Below are positions 30,751 to 40,816 of a DNA stretch of 64,000 bases, in pieces. Origin of the DNA: Candidatus Bathyarchaeota archaeon (GTDB taxonomy: Archaea; Thermoproteota; Bathyarchaeia; Bathyarchaeales; Bathycorpusculaceae); NCBI GenBank assembly GCA_963832745.1, contig CAWHVC010000002.1, forward strand, positions 96,001 through 160,000. Reading direction: 5' to 3'. Positions within the stretch are counted from its first letter, which is position 1; every line of letters begins with the position of its first letter. Under the pieces are notes generated by a model, which ran no database searches, was not told the DNA's origin, and was given only the letters and a program-made list of their open reading frames with translations. The translations under genes were made by a program, and so were the position numbers.

Positions 30751-31560
30751 ATGGTTAACGTAATAAACTGGGTTGAACTGCGCAAACTGATGCTGTCAAG
30801 CACTCATAGGCTTGAATGTACTAACGCAAGCTATTGGGATAAATGCGCAAGCAACTACAATGAAAACACCCAGCAGATGAACGAATTAACACATAACCAG
30901 TTAAGCCGCATACAACTGCAGCCACAAGACACTGTTCTAGAAGTTGGTGCAGGCAACGGACGATTAACAATACCGATGGCTCAACGTGTCAAGAGGGTTA
31001 CAGCTTTAGAGCCCTCAAAAAACATGCTCAACTTTTTAAAATCAAACGCTCAAACAGCAGCTGTCCACAACATAGGCTACATCAATAAGTCATTAGAAGA
31101 TTTAACCGGTGACGATAACGTGGGCTCTTTTGATGTTGTGGTTGCTTCCTTCTCGCTTTTTATGCTTGACATTGAGAAAGCTTTAGCGAAAATGGACTCT
31201 TTTGCTTCAAAAAGTGTTTACCTTTTCCTGTCTGCTTCACGATGGCTTGAAGATGCAGAACTGCAGAAACTGGTTCATCACGAGTCCACTTCACTTTGGG
31301 CAGATTATGTTTACATTTACAATGTTTTGTATGATTTAGAAATTACAGCAAACGTGGACATTTGGTCTCATACTTCCAAACAAGGGTATAACAGTTTAGA
31401 AGAAGCGGTTTCCCGTTTTACAGAAGTTTACAGTATATCCCCCACTAAAGAAGATTCTTTAAAATTATACCTTCAAAAAAATCTTGTGAAAGAGCACGGG
31501 AAATTTTGGTTCATTCGTAAAAGAAAGGCGGCTATGTTATGGTGGACAAAACCCCAATAA
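30751..31560 (+). CDS. Class I SAM-dependent methyltransferase
   Basis: VLEVGAGNG, ALEPS, FDVVVAS. Confidence 0.9.
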   Translation: MVNVINWVELRKLMLSSTHRLECTNASYWDKCASNYNENTQQMNELTHNQLSRIQLQPQDTVLEVGAGNGRLTIPMAQRVKRVTALEPSKNMLNFLKSNAQTAAVHNIGYINKSLEDLTGDDNVGSFDVVVASFSLFMLDIEKALAKMDSFASKSVYLFLSASRWLEDAELQKLVHHESTSLWADYVYIYNVLYDLEITANVDIWSHTSKQGYNSLEEAVSRFTEVYSISPTKEDSLKLYLQKNLVKEHGKFWFIRKRKAAMLWWTKPQ

Positions 31561-32642
31561 AACCCTCTCAGCAAACGAATTCTAGTGTAGCTGATGAGAA
31601 GAAAAAGTACCGCAAGCTAATGGCAAAAAGAGGCATTTTTATCGGGTTATGCGTTGTTTTACTTATTGTCATTGTCGGTTTATCTTTGGCTTTAGGGACT
31701 TCATCGCTTACTTTCACTGAAGCCTACTCTGCAATCTTTGCCAAGTTTTTTCCTAACTTGATAACCGTTAGTCCACTTGCTACTAAAGTAGTTTGGACAC
31801 TAAGACTTCCAAGAATACTATTAGGCCTTTTAGCGGGTGCAACTTTAGCCATGTCTGGATCAACCACCCAAGCGACTCTAAGAAACCCAATTGCGACCCC
31901 CTACACTTTAGGCGTTTCTGCAGCCGCAAGTTTTGGTGCAGCCATCGGTATAATTTTAGGCACTGGGTTTGGTGACGGAACCTTCCTTATTATCGGGAAC
32001 GCGTTTGTTTTTTCGCTGATTCCAGTTTGTGTAATTCTATTGCTTGTAAAACGTCGTGGTGCTTCACCAGAAACAATGATTCTGTCAGGCATAGCTATAA
32101 TGTACATTTTTGCTGCCTGCACCACAATACTACAGTATTTTGCAGAAGCAAACGCGGTTAGCGCCACGGTGTTTTGGACTGTTGGCGACTTATCAAGGGC
32201 AGCTTGGTGGCAACTGCCATACATTCTAAGCGCTTTAATCATCTGTTTTGCAATTAACTTAAAGTTGTCTTGGGACCTCAACATAATGAAGATGGGTGAT
32301 GATACCGCAAAAAGTTTAGGTGTAGAAGTAAACCGTGTTCGAATAATATCTATGGTAACTGCTTGTTTATCAACCGCGACAGTTGTTAGTTTCACTGGTG
32401 CAATCGGCTTCATTTGCCTTGTAGCACCACATATTTGTCGTGCAGTAATCGGAGGGGATGAACGTTATTTGCTTGTGGCTTCAGGTCTTTTTGGCGCAAT
32501 TCTGTTACTTATCGCTGACATCATAGCTAGACAATTACTTGCTCCAATAGTTCTGCCTGTAGGTGCTATAACAGCTTTCTTAGGTGGACCACTGCTGCTT
32601 TATCTGTTAATACGCAAAAAGCAGCAACTCTCAAGCAATTGA
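31539..32642 (+). CDS. FecCD/BtuC-type ABC permease
   Basis: LRLPR, RNPIATPYTLGVS, GAIGFICLVAPH. Confidence 0.95.
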   Translation: MVDKTPIKPSQQTNSSVADEKKKYRKLMAKRGIFIGLCVVLLIVIVGLSLALGTSSLTFTEAYSAIFAKFFPNLITVSPLATKVVWTLRLPRILLGLLAGATLAMSGSTTQATLRNPIATPYTLGVSAAASFGAAIGIILGTGFGDGTFLIIGNAFVFSLIPVCVILLLVKRRGASPETMILSGIAIMYIFAACTTILQYFAEANAVSATVFWTVGDLSRAAWWQLPYILSALIICFAINLKLSWDLNIMKMGDDTAKSLGVEVNRVRIISMVTACLSTATVVSFTGAIGFICLVAPHICRAVIGGDERYLLVASGLFGAILLLIADIIARQLLAPIVLPVGAITAFLGGPLLLYLLIRKKQQLSSN

Positions 32643-32719
32643 CTTTTTTCTTTATTTTTAATCGTTATTTTCACTTCATAACCTTTAGTATATACCACAA
32701 TCAGTATTCTGTATGAAAC

Positions 32720-33097
32720 TTGAGAAAGGGGTTTAGTATGCAACCAGTAGACTTTACTTACGTGGTCTTACCCTTAGGTGCCATCGTTGTTTTACTAGTA
32801 GCTACAGTGCTTCTTTCGGAATCACGAAAAGAAAGGCAAGATAAAAAAATTAAACGCGCAGTAGAAAAATTGAGCAAAGAAAAAGCCGAGAAACAGCAGG
32901 CTTTTAGAAGTCAACAGTCGGAACTTGATAAGCTGCATGAAACAAAAGCAATAGACAACGATACATACGAACGCTTAAGCACATTAATGCGAATGAACGA
33001 GAAAAACTTGGAAGATACAATGAACGCGTTAATCTTCGCAGAGAACCTTGGTAAAAAACCAAAAAAGATCAAAATGGTTCCGCAAATCAAAATTTAA
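32720..33097 (+). CDS. Hypothetical membrane-anchored protein
   Basis: N-terminal TM helix plus coiled coil. Confidence 0.55.
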   Translation: MRKGFSMQPVDFTYVVLPLGAIVVLLVATVLLSESRKERQDKKIKRAVEKLSKEKAEKQQAFRSQQSELDKLHETKAIDNDTYERLSTLMRMNEKNLEDTMNALIFAENLGKKPKKIKMVPQIKI

Positions 33098-33100
33098 TTT

Positions 33101-34183
33101 TTATTGATTTGCAGCTTTTGCCCAGACACGGCAGGTTCCTTCACTAGAAACCATGCATGCGCCTACAGGTTTTGCGGGTGTACAAGCTTTCATGAATAAG
33201 GGACATTGGTCAGGTTTGATTTTGCCGATGATTACGCGGTGGCACTGGCAACCCTGCAGAATATCTTTGCCTTCCGCTACGTGAACATTAAATTTGGCCC
33301 TTGCATCTAAACCGGCAAATTCGTCCTTGAGCAGCAAAGCCGAGTTTTCCAGTTTGCCTATTCCACGCCAACTACCCGCTGAAACCTTAAACGCACGGTC
33401 CATTAACTCCAACGCTTTAGGGTTACCCTCCGGCTTAACGACACGGGGGTACTCGTTTTCCAGTCGAGCTTTACCTTGGCTGATTTGCCGCATAAGCATG
33501 AAAATCGACATCAACACGTCATTAGGTTCAAACCCTCCCACAACCGTTGGCATCCTATACACTTTTGGGAACACTTCATAGGGTTTCAAACCAATAATAG
33601 CACTCACGTGACCCGGCGCAATGAAACCATCAATCTGTAAATCGTCCACGCCAAGCAGCAACTCCATAGCCGGCGGAATTAACCGGTGAGAAACCAAAAA
33701 ACTAAAATTTTCAGGCAGTTTTCCAAGCGCTTCAACCGCTGTTGACGGTGCAGTTGTTTCAAAACCAACCGCAAAGAACACAAACTGCTTATTAGCCTCC
33801 GCTTTAGCCATTTCGATAGCGTCAGAAACAGCGTACACAATTCGCACATCAGCCCCAACAGCTTTTGCTTCCAGAAGTGAAGATTCACTGCCCGGTACAC
33901 GCAGTACGTCACCGAAACATGTTATTACAATGCCTTTTTTGGCTAACTGGACTGCCTCATCAATTTCTGCTGCTGGCACAATGCAAACTGGGCAGCCAGG
34001 ACCCGCAATAACCTCAACCTGTACTGGCAAAAGACTGCGCAAGCCAAAATGTGTAATTGTCCACTCATGTGTGCCGCAGACATGGCAAAACTTCACTGGA
34101 CCCGTTTCAACAGCTAACGCTTTAATTTTTTCTGAAATACTTTTTGCAACTTGGGGGTCTCTAAACCCGTAATTTTCTTCCAT
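33101..34183 (-). CDS. hypD: Hydrogenase maturation protein HypD
   Basis: CGTH, GPGCPVC, GFETT, PGHVS, CMVSSEGTC. Confidence 0.97.
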   Translation of the reverse strand: MEENYGFRDPQVAKSISEKIKALAVETGPVKFCHVCGTHEWTITHFGLRSLLPVQVEVIAGPGCPVCIVPAAEIDEAVQLAKKGIVITCFGDVLRVPGSESSLLEAKAVGADVRIVYAVSDAIEMAKAEANKQFVFFAVGFETTAPSTAVEALGKLPENFSFLVSHRLIPPAMELLLGVDDLQIDGFIAPGHVSAIIGLKPYEVFPKVYRMPTVVGGFEPNDVLMSIFMLMRQISQGKARLENEYPRVVKPEGNPKALELMDRAFKVSAGSWRGIGKLENSALLLKDEFAGLDARAKFNVHVAEGKDILQGCQCHRVIIGKIKPDQCPLFMKACTPAKPVGACMVSSEGTCRVWAKAANQ

Positions 34184-34197
34184 AACCCTTCGCCAAC

Positions 34198-34422
34198 TTA
34201 TTGTTTGTCGGCTTCTAAAACTTCTTTCCAGATTCTCAGGGTTTCTTTTGCTTCTTTTTCTTCTACAACCTGAATAGCGTAACCAGCGTGAACAAGCACA
34301 TAGTTCCCTACTTTGGCGTCTACAAGAGAAATGTTCACGTCACGCAAGACGCCTTGACCAAAATCCACGTTGGCTCGGTTGCCTTCAACGCTCATGATAA
34401 GAGCGGGAATAGCTAAACACAT
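34198..34422 (-). CDS. hypC: Hydrogenase chaperone HypC
   Basis: MCLAIP, YVLVHAGYAI. Confidence 0.97.
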   Translation of the reverse strand: MCLAIPALIMSVEGNRANVDFGQGVLRDVNISLVDAKVGNYVLVHAGYAIQVVEEKEAKETLRIWKEVLEADKQ

Positions 34423-34472
34423 AAAGCATCAAACAAATAAAAACGCCACAACGGCGATAAAAACAGATTGGT

Positions 34473-36755
34473 CTAAAAACATGAAAATCCAGCAACAACA
34501 GCCTGACCAAAAGAAACTCCGCCATCGCCAGCTGGAACAGCTTCATGAACCACAAAACCTAAGTCAGCCGCTTCTACCACTTCTCGCATTAGCTGCGCCA
34601 AAATTTGGTTACAAGCAGCCCCGCCAGAGAAACCAACGGTTTTAACTCCTTCCGCTTTTGCTTCTTCGACGGCCAGTTCCGCTAACCCTCTGGCAAGATA
34701 AGCGTGCGCAGAATACGCCAAATCTTGTGTTGCCATTTTTGTCTTGTTTTCATAGATTGCGCCAAGCAAATTGGTTGTTTCTAAGACGCCGTTCTGAATG
34801 ATTGGCTTAAGGTTTAGCGTGTCATTGCCTTTTATCGCCCAAGATTCAAGCTTCATAGCTGCTTCACCCTCGTAGCTGCGCCTGTAACATACGCCTAAAA
34901 CCGCTGAGACTGCATCTAAAACTCGCCCGCAACTTGTGGTTTGGATAATTTCTGCGCCTTTTTCTAGTTGATTTAAAATCAGTTTTGCCTCTGTTTCCCC
35001 ATAAGGCAAATGCTCTTTGTTCTGCATTAGAAACTCTTCTATGTTTACGCCCGCTTTCTGCAGGATTCCTGCTGCAATCCGGGTTGGGTACCTGCTGGCT
35101 AAGTCTCCGCCCAGCAATGGTTGAGGCTCTAAATGCCCAAGACGCTTAAACTCCGTAGAATCAGTTTGACACAAAAGGATTTCGCCGCCCCACGCCATGC
35201 TATCAACACCGTAACCGTAACCGTCACAAACAACGCCCACAACTTCATCCAATCCGTGCTCTGCCATCAAAGCCGCAGCGTGAGCGTGATGATGCTGAAC
35301 TCTTACAAGCGGCAACCCCTTGGTTTCAGCCCACTCCTGAGCCAAAGCCGTTGTAGTGAATTTTGGATGTAAATCGCAAGCCAGCACCTCAGCTTTGCCG
35401 TTGATTAAATGTAGCAGGTGTTCTGTGGCTTGAGCGAGAAAACTGCGGGTTTCAACGTTTTCCACGTCGCCGATGTGTTGACTAATAAACGCTTTATCTT
35501 CCAGAAGAATGCAGGAAGTGTCATTTAGTTCGCCTCCAAAACCCACAGCACAACATTTGGCTTTCTTTTTTAGCCTGATTGGAGCGGGCGCGAAACCTCG
35601 ACTTCTCCTCAAAAACACTTGCCTGTTTCCGTGGACACGCATGACCGAGTCGTCACAGCGGTGAGCAATTCGGCGGTTATGAAACAAGAAATAATCCACA
35701 GTTTCGCCCAGTGTTCGTAGTGCTTCTATGTTGTCGTTGATGATTGGCTGGTTTGGCGGATTTGCGCTGGTCATCACAAAAGCTTGGTCGGATACGTGGT
35801 CGAAAAGCATGTAATGCAGTCCAGTGTAGGGCAACATGACACCCACATTGTGCAAGTGAGGCGCAACAAGCGGCGAAAGACTGTAATTTGAACTCTTGTT
35901 TAGCAGCACGATTGGACGCATTGGCGAAGTTAACAGTTCCTCCTCTTTCGTGGTAATTTCAGCGAACTGTATTGCGGCTTTAAGGCTGCGTGCCATAATC
36001 GCAAAAGGCTTCTCCCAACGATGCTTAGTCCCACGTAGTCTCCTCAACGGCTCCTCAAGCGTGACAGAGCATGCAATGTGAAAACCGCCATACCCCTTAA
36101 CAGCAAGCACTTTGCCCTGTGAAAGAAGTTTTCCAGCTTCCCGCACAGGATCCGAGGTTTTGACAAGTTCACCCATACTTGTAGTGAGGTAGGCTTGTGG
36201 TCCACACTTGGGGCAAGCAACGGTTTGTGCGTGGAAACGCCTGTTTGAAGGGTCTTCATATTCTTTTTGGCAGAAACTACACATGGGAAACTCACGCATG
36301 GTTGTGTTTTCTCGGTCGTAGGGTAGGCGTTCGATGATGGTGAAGCGTGGTCCGCAATCGGTGCAGGTGATAAAGAAGTAATCATGCCGAGGGTCTGCTG
36401 GGTTCCGAAGTTCTTTTAGGCACTGGTTGCAGATGGCGATGTCTGGTGGAATAATTGAGCCCGAAAGCTCTGCGGTTTGTGAGCTTTTGCAAATTGTAAA
36501 TTGCGTGTATTCTTCTTTGCCTGTTAGGATGGTTTTTGTAACGTGGTCAATTTTTGCTTGAGGCGGATTCTTAGCAACTAAATCTTGCATGAATTGTTCA
36601 ATGCTTCCTGTGTCGCCTTCCAAAAGCACTTCGACGCCGGCATCACCCATGTTGCGAACATAACCTGCCAAACCGTTTTTCACTGCTGAACGGTAAATGA
36701 ATGGGCGAAAACCTACACCTTGAACTATGCCTGTAATATTTAGTTTAACACGCAA
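34473..36755 (-). CDS. hypF: Carbamoyltransferase HypF
   Basis: GIVQGVGFRPF, zinc fingers, QHHHAH, DGGVSFGQ. Confidence 0.97.
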   Translation of the reverse strand: MRVKLNITGIVQGVGFRPFIYRSAVKNGLAGYVRNMGDAGVEVLLEGDTGSIEQFMQDLVAKNPPQAKIDHVTKTILTGKEEYTQFTICKSSQTAELSGSIIPPDIAICNQCLKELRNPADPRHDYFFITCTDCGPRFTIIERLPYDRENTTMREFPMCSFCQKEYEDPSNRRFHAQTVACPKCGPQAYLTTSMGELVKTSDPVREAGKLLSQGKVLAVKGYGGFHIACSVTLEEPLRRLRGTKHRWEKPFAIMARSLKAAIQFAEITTKEEELLTSPMRPIVLLNKSSNYSLSPLVAPHLHNVGVMLPYTGLHYMLFDHVSDQAFVMTSANPPNQPIINDNIEALRTLGETVDYFLFHNRRIAHRCDDSVMRVHGNRQVFLRRSRGFAPAPIRLKKKAKCCAVGFGGELNDTSCILLEDKAFISQHIGDVENVETRSFLAQATEHLLHLINGKAEVLACDLHPKFTTTALAQEWAETKGLPLVRVQHHHAHAAALMAEHGLDEVVGVVCDGYGYGVDSMAWGGEILLCQTDSTEFKRLGHLEPQPLLGGDLASRYPTRIAAGILQKAGVNIEEFLMQNKEHLPYGETEAKLILNQLEKGAEIIQTTSCGRVLDAVSAVLGVCYRRSYEGEAAMKLESWAIKGNDTLNLKPIIQNGVLETTNLLGAIYENKTKMATQDLAYSAHAYLARGLAELAVEEAKAEGVKTVGFSGGAACNQILAQLMREVVEAADLGFVVHEAVPAGDGGVSFGQAVVAGFSCF

Positions 36756-37116
36756 AGATAGAAGCCTTCGCCTAATTCAAACGGAGATTTTCTCTTATAC
36801 ATTTCGAAAAATATTACCTGAGTGTAAAACAAAAAAATCGTATCATGCATTGAGATATGTTTGATTTTAAATCAGATCGAAGGCAAAACGGATAAGCTTG
36901 CATTACAACTTAATAATGAAGGTGACAAAAAAATAAAAAATAAGACTAAAAACAAACCCAAAACTGAAAAGAAAGAAAATACAACCAAAAACAAAAGCAA
37001 AAAAGATTGGCAGCAAAGATAAAAAATGCAGATGAAAGAAGACAAAATATTCTCAAATTTTATAGGATTTAACCTGTTGGTTTAAGATACAAGGGCTAAA
37101 GATTAAATTGACGATC

Positions 37117-38742
37117 TTACGCCCGTCTTAGTTCCCGTCTTAGTACTTTTCCTGCGCTGCTAATTGGCAGTTCTGTTCTGAATTCAACTTCGCGAATGGC
37201 CTTATAGGATGCGACTTTGCCGTTAACAAAAGCTTCAATTTCTTTTGCAGAAACAACCGCGCCATCCTTGAGCACTATGTATGCTTTTGGGACTTCACCC
37301 ACAGCAGAATCCGTTTTGCCTACAACTGCACACAACTTCACTGCTGGATGCTCATACAACACGTCCTCAAGCTCCCTTGGGTAGACGCTGTAGTCTTTGT
37401 GTTTAATTAGGTCTTTTTTGCGGTCAGTAATGTAGAAGTAGCCGTCGGAATCCATGAAGGCAATGTCGCCAGTGAGTAGCCACCCGTCACGGAGAACCAT
37501 GGCAGTTTCGTCTGGTTTCTGCCAGTAACCCCGCATCACCTGTGGACCTTTAATAATCAATTCACCCCTCTCGCCAATAGCAAGCGCCTGTTGTCCTGTT
37601 TCTAAATCTACAATTCGTGCTTCTGTATCAGGCAGTGGTAGACCAATTGAGCCGACCTTGACAGTTTTCATAGACGTATCCACAGGCGTGCAATGGGTAA
37701 CTGGCGAAGCTTCGGTTAATCCGTAGCCTTCAGCAAGAAAGCCACCCGTAACCTCCATAAACCGTCTTTGAACGTGCGGCGGTAAAGGAGCAGCACCAGA
37801 AATACACACGCGAATTGACGTTAAATCGTGCTTTTCAAGTTCTGGATTTGCCAAGAGTATCGAGTACATAGTGGGGGAGCCACAATAAACCGTAACCTTG
37901 TGCCGTTCTATGGTTTGCAAAACTTTTGGTGGCTCAAACTTGGGCAACAGAACCATTTCTGCGCCAAGGCTAATCGGGGTAGTCATGCTGGTTGTCATGC
38001 CGTAAATATGAAACAGTGGTAAAGCGGCAAGAAACACGTCTTGGGCTGCGCCTTTTATCCATGAAGCAAAAGCCAACGCGTTTGAAACAAGATTTGTGTG
38101 AGTTAGCATGGCGCCTTTAGCGGTGCCGGTTGTGCCGCCCGTGTATTGTAGCGCCGCCAAATCCTCAGATGGGTTAATTTGAATATTGGGTTTATCTGCA
38201 GAAACACCACGTAGCTCTGAGAAGCCATCTTTATCTAAGTTGGTAACTAAAACGTGTTTTAGGCTGGTTTTTTCTTTAACATTTGCCACGATTGGATAGA
38301 GCGTGTCAAGGGTAACTATGATTTGTGCTCCTGAATCAACTAGTTGATGTTCTACTTCGCGTTCCCGATGCAATGGGCTAATCGCTGTTACAATTGCGCC
38401 TGCCTTAAGAGCACCAAAAAAGCCGATTACAAACTGGGGAATGTTGGGCAAGAAAAGCGCTACCCGGTCGCCTTTCTTAACTTCAAGCCCTAATAGCGCA
38501 TTAGCAAACTGATTTGACAGAGAATTCAATTGTGCGTAAGTAGTATTTTTTTCTCCATAAGACAGAGCAGTTTTTTCCCCGAAATTAACTGCGCTTGTTT
38601 CCAAGAGCCCTTGAAGAGGCATCCTTGAAACATCAACTTGTTTGGGTACATGTGCTGGATAGAAATTTAACCAAGGCATCTCTTTGTCTGTCAATTTACG
38701 CTCTTTTAGCATATTTGAGTGATTAACTAAAAACTTTTTCAC
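37117..38742 (-). CDS. Long-chain fatty acid-CoA ligase
   Basis: YTGGTTGTAKG, EGYGLTEASP, TGDIA, GKVLRR. Confidence 0.92.
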   Translation of the reverse strand: MKKFLVNHSNMLKERKLTDKEMPWLNFYPAHVPKQVDVSRMPLQGLLETSAVNFGEKTALSYGEKNTTYAQLNSLSNQFANALLGLEVKKGDRVALFLPNIPQFVIGFFGALKAGAIVTAISPLHREREVEHQLVDSGAQIIVTLDTLYPIVANVKEKTSLKHVLVTNLDKDGFSELRGVSADKPNIQINPSEDLAALQYTGGTTGTAKGAMLTHTNLVSNALAFASWIKGAAQDVFLAALPLFHIYGMTTSMTTPISLGAEMVLLPKFEPPKVLQTIERHKVTVYCGSPTMYSILLANPELEKHDLTSIRVCISGAAPLPPHVQRRFMEVTGGFLAEGYGLTEASPVTHCTPVDTSMKTVKVGSIGLPLPDTEARIVDLETGQQALAIGERGELIIKGPQVMRGYWQKPDETAMVLRDGWLLTGDIAFMDSDGYFYITDRKKDLIKHKDYSVYPRELEDVLYEHPAVKLCAVVGKTDSAVGEVPKAYIVLKDGAVVSAKEIEAFVNGKVASYKAIREVEFRTELPISSAGKVLRRELRRA

Positions 38743-38802
38743 TGTGGAAAATTTTTATTTCTATATACCGCTTGAATAATATAAGAAAAAGAAGGACAAA
38801 CT

Positions 38803-39291
38803 ATGGCAAGCTACCGAAAAGCAGCACTAGACGATTTAGCTGCAATAACTGAAATTTACAATGAAGCAATCCAAAACACCACCGCCACCTTTGACACCCA
38901 GCCAAAAACTCTTCGGGAACAACAAATTTGGTTTGCCAATCACCAGCCAAGACACCCTATTCTTGTAGCTGAACAAGATGGCTTTGTAGTAGGGTGGGCA
39001 TCACTTAGCAAATGGTCTGACCGCTGCGCATACAGCGACACCGCAGAAGCATCAATATACATAAGAAAAGAATACCGTGGAAAAGGCATAGGCGGGCAAC
39101 TGCTTGAACTGTTGCTTGTAGAGGGCAGAAGAATCAATTTGCATACGGTTATTGCTCGAATTGCAGGTGATAATCCAGTAAGTCTTACACTTTTTAAGTC
39201 CAAGGGCTTCAATGACGTAGGGGTCATGAAAGAGGTAGGCAGAAAATTCGGCAAACTTTTAGACGTATATTTAATGCAAAAAATTTATTGA
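38803..39291 (+). CDS. GNAT N-acetyltransferase (phosphinothricin/YncA type)
   Basis: IYNEAI..TTATF, RGKGIG, VGRKFG. Confidence 0.9.
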   Translation: MASYRKAALDDLAAITEIYNEAIQNTTATFDTQPKTLREQQIWFANHQPRHPILVAEQDGFVVGWASLSKWSDRCAYSDTAEASIYIRKEYRGKGIGGQLLELLLVEGRRINLHTVIARIAGDNPVSLTLFKSKGFNDVGVMKEVGRKFGKLLDVYLMQKIY

Positions 39292-39315
39292 AATAAAGAA
39301 AAAAACGGTAAGTAA

Positions 39316-39756
39316 TCAAGTTGAAGCGGCGTTTTCGGGCTCGATTACCACAGCGGTTCCAGTTGCCGAGAAAAGCATAATCCCGTTCTGGGTGCCCATG
39401 TCGGAGGTTTCAACATCCATGCCGATGATTGCGTTTGCTCCAAGAGCTAAGGCTCGGGCTTTAGCGCGTTCTATTGCTTCCCAACGTGCTTTCTCAACTT
39501 CAGAGGTGAAGGCTGTGACTTCTCCACCAACCATGGATTCCCATCCTGCTACGAATTGGCCAAAAATGCCTCTTGTCCGCGGGGTTAAGCCAGTGACTAA
39601 GCCGAGGACCTTTTTGATTTTGTAGCCTGCAATCGTTGGGGTAGTTACGATTAAGAATTGGTTGGTTTGTGTTATTTGAACGCCGCATTTTGAACAAAAG
39701 CTTGCGCCTTCAAAGTTAACGTTTCCGCATTTAGGGCAATTCATTATAGTTACCAT
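39316..39756 (-). CDS. YbjQ/UPF0145 family protein with zinc ribbon
   Basis: CPKCG...CSKCG, IVTTPTIAGYKI, GANAIIG, ATGTAV. Confidence 0.85.
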   Translation of the reverse strand: MVTIMNCPKCGNVNFEGASFCSKCGVQITQTNQFLIVTTPTIAGYKIKKVLGLVTGLTPRTRGIFGQFVAGWESMVGGEVTAFTSEVEKARWEAIERAKARALALGANAIIGMDVETSDMGTQNGIMLFSATGTAVVIEPENAAST

Positions 39757-39887
39757 TTCTTGTTAAGCGTTGGTAGCTTAAAAATAATCAGATTAACGCT
39801 TTCTCAAAGATGGCTGGTCAAAATTAAAAGCTCTTAAAGCGCTGAATAGATACCTGCAGTAAAGAGTCAAAATGTGAGTGGTCTAAA

Positions 39888-40352
39888 ATGAATTGTTTGT
39901 TAATTGTTTATTCGTATCATCATAATAACACCCTAAAAGTCGCTGAGGTATTCGCAAAGGCTCTTGACGGGAAAATCGTAAACCCACAACAGACCGACCC
40001 TGAACTGCCATGTGAATATGATTTAGTTGGTTTTGGCGCTGGGATAGATAGCGGAAAACACTACAAGCAGCTACTTGACTTCGCCGAAACGCTGCCACAA
40101 GCCGCTGGAAAGAGAGCGTTTATTTTCTCAACAAGCGGCGTTTCAAACCCCACTTACCAAGAAAAAATACATACCTGCCTCAGGGAAAAACTGCAAACAA
40201 AAGGCTACTTGATTGTTGGCGAGTTTAACTGTCATGGGTTCAACACTAACAGTTTCCTTAAACTGTTTGGAGGCATGAACAAAGGCAGACCAAACACGGA
40301 AGACTTGGCAGCCGCGGAAGAATTCGCAAAAAACCTAAAACAAACCTTTTAG
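39888..40352 (+). CDS. Flavodoxin family protein
   Basis: YSYHHNNT, FIFSTSG, GRPNTEDL. Confidence 0.85.
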   Translation: MNCLLIVYSYHHNNTLKVAEVFAKALDGKIVNPQQTDPELPCEYDLVGFGAGIDSGKHYKQLLDFAETLPQAAGKRAFIFSTSGVSNPTYQEKIHTCLREKLQTKGYLIVGEFNCHGFNTNSFLKLFGGMNKGRPNTEDLAAAEEFAKNLKQTF

Positions 40353-40516
40353 GCAACCAACTGCCTGCACGTATACTGCCCTTTTTTGATTTTTCACTTC
40401 TTTTCATGACTTCTGTTGACTCAGCCAGCAACCGATGCACATTTAATTTCAAAAAAGCAACCCAAAACAAACCCTAAAAAACCGCCTTATTTGCTGGAAA
40501 AACAAGAATAAAGAAT

Positions 40517-40624
40517 TGGTGCCGGGAACGGGATTCGAGCCCGTGACTTCTGGTTGTAGGCGCTTGGCCCTGTCAAACTCCAGATTATGAGTCTGGCGCC
40601 CTAGCCAGGCTAGGCTACCCCGGC
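40517..40624 (-). tRNA. tRNA-Met(CAT), elongator type, with a 30-nt intron at 45/46 (40548-40577)
   Basis: Acceptor stem GCCGGGG/TCCCGGC+ACCA and anticodon arm CCAGA-CTCATAA-TCTGG. Removing the intron restores variable loop AGGTC. Confidence 0.9.
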
Positions 40625-40816
40625 ACACTTGCCTATCCGTTTTTCTTTGCGGATGTCATGTTAGTTTGTATTCTTTCATTTAAACCTTAAGTTACAACAT
40701 CTGCCAATCGCTGTTTTACCTACAAGTAATATTATTGAAAACCCGCCCTTTTGCGATTAGTTTATTTTTCCCAAACACACGCTTATTCTAAGGCAAGTTA
40801 CAGAAGCGAATTTTCG

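Noticed and set aside
36900-37060. A-rich stretch as a small gene or repeat
   Set aside because: Low-complexity T-rich terminator region of the minus-strand CoA ligase gene; no credible ORF.
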